A DNA stretch of 64,000 nt, taken from positions 6,262,001 to 6,326,000 of the forward strand of contig NC_043021.1 of NCBI RefSeq assembly GCF_006345805.1. The letters are read 5' to 3'. Shown piece after piece: positions 24,610-37,136 of this stretch; the stretch's first letter is position 1; each line of letters starts with the position of its first letter. The notes beneath the pieces are model-generated. The model searched no databases. It saw only the letters and a program-made list of their open reading frames with translations, and was not told where the DNA came from. A program made the translations under genes and the position numbers. This stretch comes from Octopus sinensis. Taxonomy: Eukaryota.

Positions 24610-24829
24610 CCCTTCAGCATTCAGATTACTCTGTCAAATGTAAAGCCTGTTTAATCACATTGTTTTAAAGTAATTGTACAGCATCTTGTAACTCTGAGAT
24701 TTTGATGATGTCCCTGTTTATTTTTAGAATGACTTTGTAGGGTAGGTGTGAGAGGTCAGATATGGCCAGTTTGAGCATATAACAGGAAGACAATTTTGGC
24801 CTGGTATGGCCGGTTTAAACACTAAAGGG
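24610..24829 (-). mobile_element. piggyBac-like MITE A (inverted relative to 24197)
   Basis: TTAA at 24606-24609 and 24830-24833; internal sequence is the reverse complement of the neighbouring copy. Confidence 0.85.
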
Positions 24830-25459
24830 TTAATATCCATTGTCCATGCTGGCAATTTGATCAGGGCTGGTAAGCTAAGGGGCTGCACCAGGCTCTGGTC
24901 TGATTTGGCATGGTTTCTAACACTAACCACTCCGAGAGTGTAACGGGTGCTCTTACATGTCACTGGCATGGGTGTGGTGAGTTGTGTGACACCAGTATCT
25001 ACCACAACTACAATTTCACTTGGCTTACAAAGAATAAGTCCTGGGATTATTATTATTATTATTATGATTGTTATTATTATTATTGAGGAGGTGAACAGGC
25101 AGAAGTGTTAGCATGCCAGACCAGATGCTTAGTGACATCTCCTCTGGCTTTACATTCCAAGTTCTAATCTTGCCAAAATTGACCTTGCCTTTCAACTTTC
25201 CAGGGTTCAATGAAATAACTACCCCTTGAACACTCGGATCAATATAAGTGACCTCCACCCTTCAATTGCTGCCTTTGTGCCTATAGTAGAAAGAATTACC
25301 ATTATTGTAAGCTTTTGGATGTATTATGACTGCTTTTTGCTATTGATATGGTACTGTTATTGTTGGAACCGTCTTTGGTGGCAAATACACGTGTGTGGGT
25401 GGAATTGGCATGGTAGTCTATTGGGAATTATTATCATTTTTGTTTGTGTCTGTGTATGT

Positions 25460-25545
25460 ATTTGTAGTTGTATACGTTTAGGTATGTGTGTATGTATGTA
25501 TATGTATGTACATATATGTATAAATATGCACATAGATATATGTAC

Positions 25546-25597
<52 letters not shown>

Positions 25598-25676
25598 CCA
25601 CACACATGTTTAGATATGTCTGTATGTGTATACATATATATGTACATATATGTATGTGTGTGTATGTATGTATATA

Positions 25677-25725
<49 letters not shown>

Positions 25726-25804
25726 CCACACACATGTTTAGATATGTCTGTATGTGTATACATATATATGTACATATATGTATGTGTGTGTATGTATGTA
25801 TATA

Positions 25805-25853
<49 letters not shown>

Positions 25854-25860
25854 TATGTAC
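25460..25860. repeat. TA/TG microsatellite with a ~128-bp tandem duplication
   Basis: ACCCACACACATGTTTAGATATGTCTG occurs at 25596 and 25724. Confidence 0.9.
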
Positions 25861-26739
25861 ATGTTGTGTGTGTGTGTGTGTATGTATAACGAACTAGAAG
25901 AATTGCTGCTAAGTAATTTGGTATGCTAACAATTCTACCAACCCATCACGTTAACAGTAATAATTCTTTCTACTATAAGTACAAGGCTTGAAATTTTGTG
26001 TGTGTATGTGGCGGGGGGGGGGGATAGTTGATTAAAACGACCATAGTTCTCAACTGGTATTTATTTTAGTTAATCAACTCTTGATAGAATGAAAGGTGAA
26101 GTTGACCTCATCAGGATTTGAACTCAGAATGTAAAGACAGACGAAATGCCACTAAGCATTTCGTCTGGCATGCTAATGATTCTGCCAATTCACTGCCTTA
26201 ATAATAATAATAATAATAATAATAATGGTTTCAAATTTTAGCACAAGGCCAGCAATTTCGGTGTGGGTGAGATAAGTCAATTACATCAACCACATTGTCC
26301 GGTTGGTGCTTATTTTATCGACCCGGAAAGGATGAAAGGCAAAATTAATGGCAGAATCAGGTACTTCAAATCAGTCATAAATATAAAGTGGACGAAACTT
26401 GTGGCTGTGGGATATCCAGGAAGACATGGGACAGAGTATGGAAGGCCAATCTCTAGACACTGAGCCCTATGAAGGAGATGACCAAGGAGCAAGATATTTG
26501 GCACATTGACGTACTAATGCAGGCCTGTCTACCACAGCAGGATTGATACTGCTGCCACATTAAAAGCACCCAGTACACTCTGTGGAGTGGTTGGTATTAA
26601 GAAGGGTATCCAGCTGTAAAAACCGTACCAGAACAGACAATGGAACTTGGTGCAGCCTCTGGCTTTACCAGCTCCAGTCAAACTGTCCAACTTATACCAA
26701 CTTGGAAAACAAATGTTAAATGATGATGGTATACATACA

Positions 26740-26773
<34 letters not shown>

Positions 26774-27247
26774 CACACATACACACACACACATTATATA
26801 TATATATATATACATAGTTAATCCAAACAAGAAAGCACAAAAAACACAACAATGCGAGGACGTGGAACAAATATAGTATTATTGGACATTCACACACACA
26901 TACATATATATATAAAAACTTGGAGAAGAGAAATAGAGAAATAACGCATGCGTTCGGTCATATAGTAATATAATAAATAAATAAATAAAATATATGCATA
27001 TATACATATATGTACATACTTACATCTACATGTATATATACATGCATACATATATATATATAGGAGTACAGGACACCACAAATAAACGTAGAACACAACG
27101 AGAGACGAGAACATAAAATCAAACAAGGAAACGGACTTTTTTTAAACAACGAAAAAACAGAGTACAGGACAAACAATACAAGGAAAATTCCCCTTCATCA
27201 GCTGTCCCTGGTTCGATATATATATATACATACACGTACACACATAT

Positions 27248-27556
27248 GTTAGTTAGTTAGTTAGTTAATTTGGCTCAAAAGCAAATAGCAAGGCCATGTA
27301 GGGGGGCATGGAGTTAAGTACAGGGTGGTGTTCATGTAAAGAGTTCAGGCCACTTGAGGTCAAGGGAGACTTTGAACCGAGCGGTCGTCGGCATCTTCAC
27401 CATCTCGTCTGGCAGCTTGTTCCACGGATCCGCAACCTGGACGGAGAAAGCTCCTCTCCTTCGATTGAGATGAAATCGTCGCAGGTAGAGCTTTTCGGAA
27501 TGACCCCGCAGCCGACGCTCTGGAGCAGGAGTGAAGAACAGCTCTTTCGAGAGGTT
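27248..27556 (-). mobile_element. CR1-type LINE 3' fragment with (TAAC)n tail
   Basis: Minus-strand [41 protein letters not shown] is a CR1 ORF2 C-terminus. Same family at 30701-30919 and 45216-45407. Confidence 0.85.
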
Positions 27557-27598
27557 ACATATATATATATACACACACACATACATATATATATATAT

Positions 27599-27651
<53 letters not shown>

Positions 27652-27670
27652 TATATACACATATACATAC

Positions 27671-27734
<64 letters not shown>

Positions 27735-27811
27735 CCTGAGTGTCAAATAATACTTTAATTGTTCCACGTCCTCGCGTTGCTGTGTTTTTTTCTGTGTTTT
27801 CTTGTTTGGAT

Positions 27812-27877
<66 letters not shown>

Positions 27878-28042
27878 TTCATCCAAATGGTGACGAACAC
27901 CATTTCTCCATGTGATCAGCTTGAAAGATTGTTAAGATATTTTCTTTATATGAAACTAAAGGTAGCCTGAATACACAAATAAAGAAATCTATTCCACCAA
28001 CGGGGTGGTGAACACTCATTCTCATTGTTCGATATTTACGTG

Positions 28043-28078
<36 letters not shown>

Positions 28079-29450
28079 ATATGTAATAATAGCATTCACA
28101 GTTATAACTTTCATTGATATCCTCACCTCCCCACCTCTCACCTCTCCCCATTCTTCTGGATGAAAAGAGCTGGGGGAGTGGGGGTGTTGTTGTTGATGAT
28201 CAGTAAGTGAATTGTGGTGGTAGTAAGTTCACTCTCCATCAAAGAATAACATAGGCATTTCTTGTGTGCATTACTTTGGTTGTGGGTGATGTCACCAGTG
28301 CAGTGGTATTGTGGTTTGGTAGAGCAGCAGCAGTTTACGGGCTGGACAGACCAGTCTAACTTGTGGCTGTTTGTGTGTAGTACAACAATGATATCAACAT
28401 AATCAGTCAAATAAAGACACTGGTGGTGATGATGATGATTGCAATAAATTATTCTTAATGACCAAGAAAATAATTATTCTTTGTTTTCAGAAATTGTTGT
28501 TGTTTTTGCAACTAGATTCCTTTCAAATAACACCATATTTTCTGAAAACAAAAGTTGGAAACTGTAAACCTGGACATATATTGTTTGAAAATAAAAGCAG
28601 TGATGGTCATGGTTAGAACTTCTTTGATCATAAGTCTGCTGTCCTCCCAGCCATGGCTGTCACATTTATGATTCAGACATTGTGTGGTTAAGAAGTTTGC
28701 TTCCCAACCACACAGCCTCAGGTTCAATTTCACTTCATGGAACCTTGGGCAAGTGTCTTCTACTATAATCCTCAACTGTTCTACATTTATGCCTTGTGTG
28801 TTGATGGAAACGGAAAGAAGCCATCGTGTATGTGTGTGTGTGTGTGTGTCCTTGTCACTGTCATTTGAGCAGTTCAGAATTCTGTGAAAACCTATCTGGC
28901 CATGTTTATGTCCCCGTTACTTAGCAGTTCGGCAAAAGAGACCGATAGAATAAGTACTGGGCTTACAAAAGAATAAGTCCCGGGTCGAGTTGCTCGATTA
29001 AAGGTGGTGCTCCAGCATGGCTGCAGTCAAATGACTGAAACAAGCAGAAGAGTAATATGTATATGTGAGTGAGCAGCCCTGTCTGTGTATGTAAGTGTGT
29101 GTGTATGTGTCTGAGCATTAGTATGCATATGGATGTATATGTGAACCAACATGTATGTGTATGTATAAGCTGAATCTTAAAAGTCAACTAAGGACAATCA
29201 CATGTGTAGCCAACCATGAAGAACAAATCAACAGTAGGATGAAATCAAATGCTAATCCTTTTTAAAACGGCAACCACCTTAAGAGTCGCAGAATCACTAC
29301 TGCATCTACACATTCAAAGCAGTTTGCCAGTGGTTCTTTAGCAACAACACACCCTGATAAACCCAGTGACTACTACTAAATTCAGGCCATGGTAGACACA
29401 GAGGATGTTCTTGAAGCTGAGAATTTGAACTTACAGTGACAATATTTACA

Positions 29451-29555
29451 TATCGCCTGAGGAAGCACATCTAGATCCCATAATGCAGGGAAGCAGTTGC
29501 ATAATCAAGTACCTGCATGCCTGGAGAACTATGTTGCGTGGAAACAATTGTAAAA
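29451..29555 (+). ncRNA. Decayed type I hammerhead-like fold
   Basis: CTGAGGA at 29457-29463, GAAAC at 29541-29545, palindromic ACAATTGT, GTA triplet, then AATAAA. Stem I 3' strand is missing and stem II is imperfect. Confidence 0.4.
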
Positions 29556-29604
29556 AATAAATGCTCAACTGTGCTCTTTCTTGTTGACTCCAGTGTTTTC
29601 AATT

Positions 29605-29985
<381 letters not shown>

Positions 29986-30331
29986 ATTGTGAGAGATATG
30001 TTTAATAAGTAAGATAAAAAGTGCTTAATACATGACATAAAATATATTAACTTTGTTTATTCATCAGCAGCCTAATAAATATAAGCACGTGTGTATGTGT
30101 GTGTATTAACCCATCTTATTCTCTTAATATCTCTTAATCAACATACATTAATTGGAATTCAGGAAATTCATTATCAGTGTCTCTATCTGCTGCACTACTT
30201 CCACTTCCCCTCCCCAATATCTTCATCTCTAGAATTCCATTGTCTTCTGAGAGAAGTTATATCATTCGAAATTATAAATGTAATGAGTAAATGTCAAAAT
30301 GACACCAGGTGTCAGTGTGGTTGTTCTAATA

Positions 30332-31744
30332 CAGGGGCGGGCAATTTACGACCCACCACAGAGTTTTCAGCAGCCTGTGGAAGCATTCATCAAACAAAAA
30401 TTTCCAAGTCTAACATTTTTTGCATCAGGAAAGCCTCTGTAAAGCTGCACTGGACCTAAAGCATGTGGTGGATCCTGTAGTAAGCATGGTGAACACAATC
30501 AGAGCAAGGGCACTCTACCATCGACGAGAATATGGAGGCAGAGTATGGAGAATAAAGTGTTCCTCTTTCTAGACATGAAAGGGCTTTCATGAGATTTTGT
30601 GACCAAAATGGGATGTGAGGAGTGGAGATATGAAATGATGTTTGTAGCTGATATGCTTGAGAAATTGTATGAATTGAATGTGACATTGCAGGGAAAGGGG
30701 TTAAGTTAAGTTAATTTTTTGGCTCAAGAAGCAAAAGCAAGGCCATGTAGGGGGATATGGAGTTATGTACAGGGAGGGTATTCATGCAAAGAGTTCAGTC
30801 CATTTCTGGTCAAGAGAGTCTTTGAACCTAGCGGTCGTCGGCTTCTTCACTATCTTGTCCGGCAGCTTATTCCACGGATCCGCAACCCGGATGGAGAAAG
30901 CCCCTCTCCTTCGATTGAGTTGTTTGTACATGAAATGTTTAGACATGTGAGATCATTCAAAACAAAACTAGGTCTATTTGCGAGGCAAGCAGGTGAAGGC
31001 AAGTTTTGTCATTTCCCTTTATTTAAGAAAACACAAAGTGCCTGCAAGTATTTCTTTCAAGATTAGGGATCATTTACTGAGTTTGAAGGATGAGGTCACA
31101 AGAAGATTTCAGGATTTTAAGAAAATTGAGCCTGATTTAAATTTATCTTATCCTTTCACTGCTGATACTGATACAGCACCTGAGGATGTGCAGCTTGAAC
31201 TAATTGAGATGTAGTCAGATCATACACTGAAAGGAATGTTTAATTCTGTGACACTGATAGAATTTTACAAATCTCTATCTTCTGACAAATTTCCATGTAT
31301 GAAGAAATTTGCTGGGAAAATGTTTTCTATTTTTGGATCCACATATATTTGTGAGCAAAGTTTTTCTTGCATGAAAATCAACAAGACTAAAAATAGATCT
31401 TCTGTGACTGACATAAACTTGCAGGCAACGATGAGGATCTCAACAAGCAACCTCACTCCTGATTTCAAAAGAATTGTAATTAAGTGTGACTGGTTACATT
31501 TGTCTCATTAAATTACTTGTGCTGGCTGATGTGTAATTTCCACATAAATAGACTTAATGGAACCTTTTCTGTGTACCACTATTGTTTTGGTTTTATTTAT
31601 TAATTATTATGATGTAATTTACACTTAGCATTAAATGAAATGTAATGTTAACTAATGAATGCGACCAGTTATAGAAGGTGTGGCCCTCCACTAACCACGG
31701 CTGTCTCAAAGTGGTCCCCAAGCCAAAACAATTGCCCACCTCTG
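30332..31744 (+). mobile_element. Internally deleted hAT (SPIN/GTF2IRD2-like) transposon with nested CR1 fragment
   Basis: TIR CAGGGGCGGGCAATT / AATTGCCCACCTCTG (13/15) with degenerate 8-bp TSD TTCTAATA / GCCTAATA. Transposase: LQGKG|LFVHEMFRHVRSFKTKLGLF, and FGSTYICEQSFSCMKINKTKNRS. The CR1 fragment 30701-30919 splits GKG from LFV. Confidence 0.9.
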
Positions 31745-31997
31745 GCCTAATATGAATTTTAAATGTTTCCTTGGTTCAGTTGAAGATTTGATAGCAATCT
31801 GGTTTTTCTCACATATTGTTTACAGTGGTTTTTTTTATTGTGATTGTAAAGCAGCAAGCTGGCCAGAATCATTAGCATGCCAGGCATTATGCTGAGTAGC
31901 ATTTCATCTCTCGTTATGTTCTGAGTTCAAATTCCACTGAGGTTGATTTTGCATTTCATCCTTTCGGGGTCAATAAAATAAGTACCAGTTGAGCACT

Positions 31998-32300
31998 GTT
32001 TGTTCCTTCTCGAGCCATGCCTGGCTCATTAGGGCCGGATTTCCAGTTTCCTTGGCGTATAGGTTCCCCCACCTGGACGGGATGCCGGTCCGTCGCAGGT
32101 GAGCTGCAAGATGCAGGAGGAAAGAGTGAGAGAAAGTTGTGGCGAAAGGGTCAGCAGAAGTTCACCGTTACCTTCTACTGGAGCTGTGTGAACCTTAGGT
32201 GTTTCACTCATAAACACAGACATCACCCGGTCTGAGATTCGAACCCACGATCCCTCGACCGTGAGTCCGCTGCCCTAACCTCTTGGCCATGTGTCTCCAC
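31998..32300 (-). mobile_element. tRNA-derived SINE with a V-SINE-like domain, nested in an S2 SINE
   Basis: Minus-strand head TGGCCAAGAGGTTAG...GGGTTCGAATC; CCTGCGACGGACCGGCATCCCGTCCAGG resembles the V domain. Perfect 10-bp TSD GTTGAGCACT at 31988 and 32301. Confidence 0.85.
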
Positions 32301-34150
32301 GTTGAGCACTCTGGTCAGTGTAATCACTTACTCCCCCCCCCCAAATTGCTGCCCTTGTGTCAGAATTTGAAACCAATATATTGTGTTTGTGGTATTATCC
32401 TAGCCTAGGATCATCCTACCTTTTATCCAAACATCATTTATCTATAACCACATTATCTAATAAACATCCATTAGTTTTTAAAGACACTGTGGAGCAATTT
32501 AAGGGAGATTTGGTTGAGATTTCTAGCAGGCCATGTAATCATATAGAACAGTGCTTCTCAACCATTTTTTTCATCTGTGGACCCCTTTGTGTACCATTTT
32601 AATCTGGTGGACCTCTTTAATCATTCGATGTTTATAAACTAGTTTTGTAGATACCTCTTTCAAAATTCTTGTTTTGCTTTTCACGCATGATCTTTACATA
32701 GGCTGAACTATACAAAATGTTCTGATTCTTTACAGCCTGAGTGCTTGAGTAGTTGTGGTGAATGTGTCTGATTTTTTTTTCTAGCTGACGAAATGATTGG
32801 TGTATTTTTTGCATTTTTGTTTGCATGATACTTTCCTGAAAGAAGGAAATGGGAAACAGTTGTAGTATTCTCTCAGAAAAATTCCTTGACATGCAATGAA
32901 GCATTTGTCAAGAAACAGTCACCAGGGGAGCTGGTCATCAGTCTGATGGTGCAAGGAAGGTGAAACATAGTGAGATGATGCTTTCTATCAGAGATCATCT
33001 TTAGAGAGAGAGAGAGAGAGAGAGAGAGACACGCATGCACACACACACACACACTGAATATTCAACTGAGAAATAAGATCTTAATGTTATATAAGACTTA
33101 GACATAAATCCTTTTTCTCACAGAGACAGGGCCTTTATGTGAGGAGGTGTAAGCGGTGCATTGTTCCTAGGCCCTGTATAATATACCTCTCAAAGGCCCT
33201 TACTAACAAGAGAGTGAATGAGAGCAAGAGAGAGGGCGGAGTGGGGAGAAGCCTTCAGGTTTGGAGTATTTAGTGAAGTGAGAATTAAGACCTCACTGTT
33301 ATTTCTTAGTCAATCACTGACCCAGTTTTCTCGGCAACTACAACAAAAAGCAAGCTTTTTCTTTTTTCTTGTTCAATAAAAGGCCCGTGTATGTGTTTCT
33401 CAAGAGAAATTACTTTGCTGTGTTTCATCAGATTACGAAGCTTTATAATAAAAAAACGCGCTTGAATTATATTTAACAATTCATAAATATTTGTTGTTGT
33501 TGTTGCTTTATTCAGATTTCTGTGATATCTGAAATCTAAGACATGAGGGTGACCTTGTTCACCTGTCTGTGTTGGCAAGGTGAGGTGAGGTCATGAATGT
33601 TGTTTTAGTTCCAGATTAATTCAAATTAACGAGCTGGTAATCAAAGACATTCCGTGTGTAACTGATACTGTCTTTGCAGTATCCACAACCAAGTTTCTTT
33701 CTTTCTTTCTCTTTTAAAGATGCCAGTGTAGGATTTGAAGGAGATTTGGTTACTATTTCTCTGTTGAAGTTGTCTCTTCTACTCACAGTTGGGAGTGGTG
33801 GTATTTTTTAGGTGTGAGTATAAAAAAAGGTGGTGGTGGTGGTGAGGAGAGAGGTGTGTAAGTGAAATAATTTTCTCTTAGTTGGGTTTTGAAATCTTAA
33901 TTTTTGGTGGGAAACACAAAAATTAGAGATTTTGATTTAGATTCTGATATAATATGACGAAGATTGCATCATCTAATCTGTCCTGTCTTATATTCAGGCA
34001 TTGTGTATCAAAGTCATATTGTCTTGTCTTTATTCTGACAGGGTATCTAGAGCTACATTATCTCATGGTCTATTGTTAATTCATTACCTTTTACATCATG
34101 TGATGTCAAGACAAAGGTACACTCAAATATGCACATGTGTACACATATGC

Positions 34151-34188
<38 letters not shown>

Positions 34189-34441
34189 CATCATCATCAT
34201 CATTTACTATCCATTTTCCATGCTGACATGGGTTGGACAGGAACTGGTAAGCCAGAGGACTGCACCAAGAGGACTGTTGTCTGCTTTGACACGGTTTCTA
34301 CAGCAGGATACCCTTTCTAGTGCCAGTCACTTAACACAGTCATTCTTCATTCACCATCAATGTGTCTGAGATGCAACTGCAATCCAACATCATCTAGCTA
34401 AGCCTATGAGCAAAATGTCGTTTGTGTAACTTGGAATCCTG

Positions 34442-34553
34442 TTATGTCACCTGATGAGGCATTTCTGCACTGTGGAGCACACTGGAATTCATTATATCGT
34501 TCGCCACCAACTAGGGCGCAGTGCAGAATTATGCCGAAACGGTCGTGGTGATA
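34442..34553 (+). ncRNA. Type I hammerhead ribozyme with extended stem II
   Basis: Core CTGATGA at 34451-34457. Stem II is GGCAT/ATGCC plus a 2-nt bulge plus TTCTGCACTGTG/CGCAGTGCAGAA. GAAAC at 34536-34540, GTC triplet at 34542-34544. Stem I pairs TTATGTCAC with GTGGTGATAA (wobbles, one bulge). Confidence 0.8.
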
Positions 34554-35121
34554 AATAAAGTTTCCAGCATGCTCTGTCTTCTGCATCCATTATTTAGAAC
34601 ACACACACACACACACACACGCATACATACATTTGTATGTGTATATGTGGGTGGGTGGGTTTTAAAGTGTGTTTTTGTCTCCTTGTCATGACAGCACTCA
34701 ATGGTTGCTTAAGGGTGTCGCTTTTGTACAAGCAGTGCCATTTGTTTCCAATTTTCAGTGAAAACATGTCCAACAAAGAGAAATATTACCTTGTTTGGAG
34801 ACATAAAAGGCATCTGGCCTTAGAAAATCTGCATCAACAAGATCCATTTGACTCATTCAAGCATGGAAACATAGGCAGTAGAAGGGTAAAGGGTAAAGAC
34901 CCCCCTTCGGTTATGAATGACCATGGGATTGCACCTAGAAAGTTCCCCTCTGACACACAAGTGGAGTGGTTGGTATTATGAAGGGCATCCAGCCATAGGA
35001 AACCATGCCAAATCAGACTTGAGTCTGGTGCAGCCTTCCAGCATGCCAGCCCATCAAACTGTCCAACTCAAGGCAGCAAGGACGTAAAATGATGATGATG
35101 ATGATATATATATATATATAT

Positions 35122-35509
35122 AAGCAATAATAAATCTCTGAGCGAGAATTAAACTGCAGCAGCATGACGTTGTATATTTGCCACCTAAATGTGGCTGACT
35201 CATATGGGACAATGCTACTGTAGTTTATAGCCCCAGGAAGACATCTCCTTCAGCTGGCTAACGACACACTGTCTGTGCTCAATCAGTATTTGCAAAGGGA
35301 AATCATCGCTCCCATCTCTTGCCTGACGTAATACACACGGACCCGGGTTTCTGAGTAGTAACCCATCATCAGTGTGTGATAATCATTGGCTAGGGATGAG
35401 AAGTGATTTCAAAAAAGGAGAAACAAGCAATAATAGATATGTGAGTGAGAATTAAACAGTAGCAACACGACATCGTGAAGTATATTTGCCACCTAAATGT
35501 GGCTGACCC

Positions 35510-35513
<4 letters not shown>
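35122..35513 (-). mobile_element. ~303-bp hammerhead-containing unit present as a 1.3-mer (retrozyme-like)
   Basis: 35122-35205 is repeated at 35425-35513; (TA)n on both flanks; hammerhead at 35334-35378. A truncated homolog lies at 39548-39712. Confidence 0.65.
35334..35378 (-). ncRNA. Minimal type I hammerhead ribozyme
   Basis: Minus strand reads CACACA CTGATGA TGGGT TACT ACTCA GAA ACCCGGGT C|CGTGTG: intact core, 5-bp stem II, palindromic stem III, GUC triplet, and a 5-bp stem I after one A-C mismatch. Confidence 0.8.
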
Positions 35514-35519
<6 letters not shown>

Positions 35520-35540
<21 letters not shown>

Positions 35541-36180
35541 TAATCCAAACGGGAAAACAAAAAAACAACAACAATGGAACAATTACAGTATTATTATTAA
35601 TAGGCGCTCAGGAAATGGAAGCAGGAGGGTATGACGTTTCGAGCGGAGCTCTCGTCGGAGGAAACATAAGTAGGAAGAGAGAGGAAAGAAAGATCCCAAA
35701 GCGGGCAACAGGGATAGAGAGAAAAAAAACGACTGGGTTACGAGTTACACATGGTGAAAGGCGGGAAGTTACGATAACAAGAGCAAAGTAGGTTTTTAAA
35801 GGCAAAAGAGTGGAGACAAGGTGGTAACGCAACAGATGTGTGTGTATGTGTGAGTGTGTGCGTGTGCGTGTGTGTATGTGTGGTGTGTGAGGCGAGATAA
35901 AAAAACAAAAAATATATGTATGTGTTAGTGTGTGCGTCTGTGTGTAGGCGTGTGAGGTAGAGCGAGACAGTGGTAGGCATAGCAGACACTGGTCAGTAGT
36001 AAGAAAAAGAAGGAAGGAGGAAGGGGGGGAGGGGAAGGGGTGGGGGCGTATGTAGCGTGCCAGCGTGTGTTGAGTAGTAGTGTGTGTGTGTGTCCAGTGT
36101 CGTGGTAGTATTAATGGCGAGTAGATTGAATGTGTGTAAGAGTAATGTATATATTTAAGCAATGTGTGCGCGTGTGTGTA
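35520..36180 (-). mobile_element. Probable Penelope-like element 3' end / pLTR fragment
   Basis: Shares sequence with 26815-26890, 27733-27818 and 42370-42565. Contains the hammerhead-like CCGACGA GAGC TCC GCTC GAAACGTC on the minus strand and is embedded in (TA)n. The family assignment is inference. Confidence 0.5.
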
Positions 36181-36195
36181 TATATATATATATAT

Positions 36196-36352
36196 TTGGC
36201 ATTTATACATTTAGGCAGATTTAATCACCACCGCCCCATTAAATCTGCCTAAATGTATAAATGCCAAAACTGATTTTGACAGCAAGCTTCCTGAAGATTT
36301 CATTTGAATGAAACAGTTCTAGTCCTGTAGAAGCTCCTTCTATAAAATAAAT
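36196..36352. repeat. (TA)n-embedded fold-back fragment with a perfect 30-bp hairpin
   Basis: Arms 36196-36225 and 36238-36267 with a 12-nt loop; the 3' part is shared with 2612-2659. Confidence 0.85.
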
Positions 36353-36369
36353 ATATATATATATATATA

Positions 36370-36886
36370 CTAGCAGTATCGCCCAGCGTTGCTCGGGTTT
36401 GTAAGGGAAATAACTATATAAACATTTTTAGAGAGTTACTTCCTTTATAGATGCCAATTCGGGCTTTCTTAGCCATTTCTGTTTTGGTGTCTTCAAGCCA
36501 TGAAGTCGTTGTTCTAAAAGAACGCTGGTCTCCTTGACAACGCATTACGACGTTGATTTCCTTACACTCCCTTCCCCACAGCTTCACGAGGGAGGGAAGA
36601 AGGGGGAGAAGCAAAACAGGGTGCAGGTGTTTGAGCGTGGACGCCAACTCCGCCGCCATCGACACACGAAAAATTATGCATTAAAAGGAAATAAAAAATG
36701 ATGTTAAATTATTTTTTAAATCGTAGACTCATCGTTGACGCGCGCTAATAGTCAGACGGGCTTGATATGAATCACGACTATAAGATACCCGAATTTGGTT
36801 AAACTGCACCGCAAAATGTGGGAGTAGTTAGGAATCTAAATCGTAGGAGACAGACACTCACACAACTACAGTTTTATATATATAGA
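36370..36886 (-). mobile_element. Non-autonomous Helitron (517 bp)
   Basis: On the minus strand it begins A|TC (36887/36886), ends CTAG|T (36370/36369), and has a GC-rich hairpin CCCGAGCAACGCTGGG about 10 nt before the CTAG. These are the canonical Helitron termini and AT target. Confidence 0.8.
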
Positions 36887-37136
36887 TATATATATATAAA
36901 TAATGATTATATATATATATATATGCACACACATACATATATATGCGCACACATATACATATATAAACACACACACACACACACTTTAGAATTGCCTGAA
37001 CCCCCACACTCACCATATAACTTTGAACCAGTAATTTAAAAAAAAGATTTTTTCAGATTCATCTGTTTCCAAATATCTGTGATTACGACTTAGCAAAAAC
37101 AAATTTTTTTTTTTTAAATTTCAGAACCACCCCCAA

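Noticed and set aside
27150-27205. Hammerhead-like fold on the minus strand (ACAG CTGATGA, stem, GTC CTGT)
   Set aside because: Stems I and II can form, but the essential GAAA reads GTAT; not callable without a family consensus.
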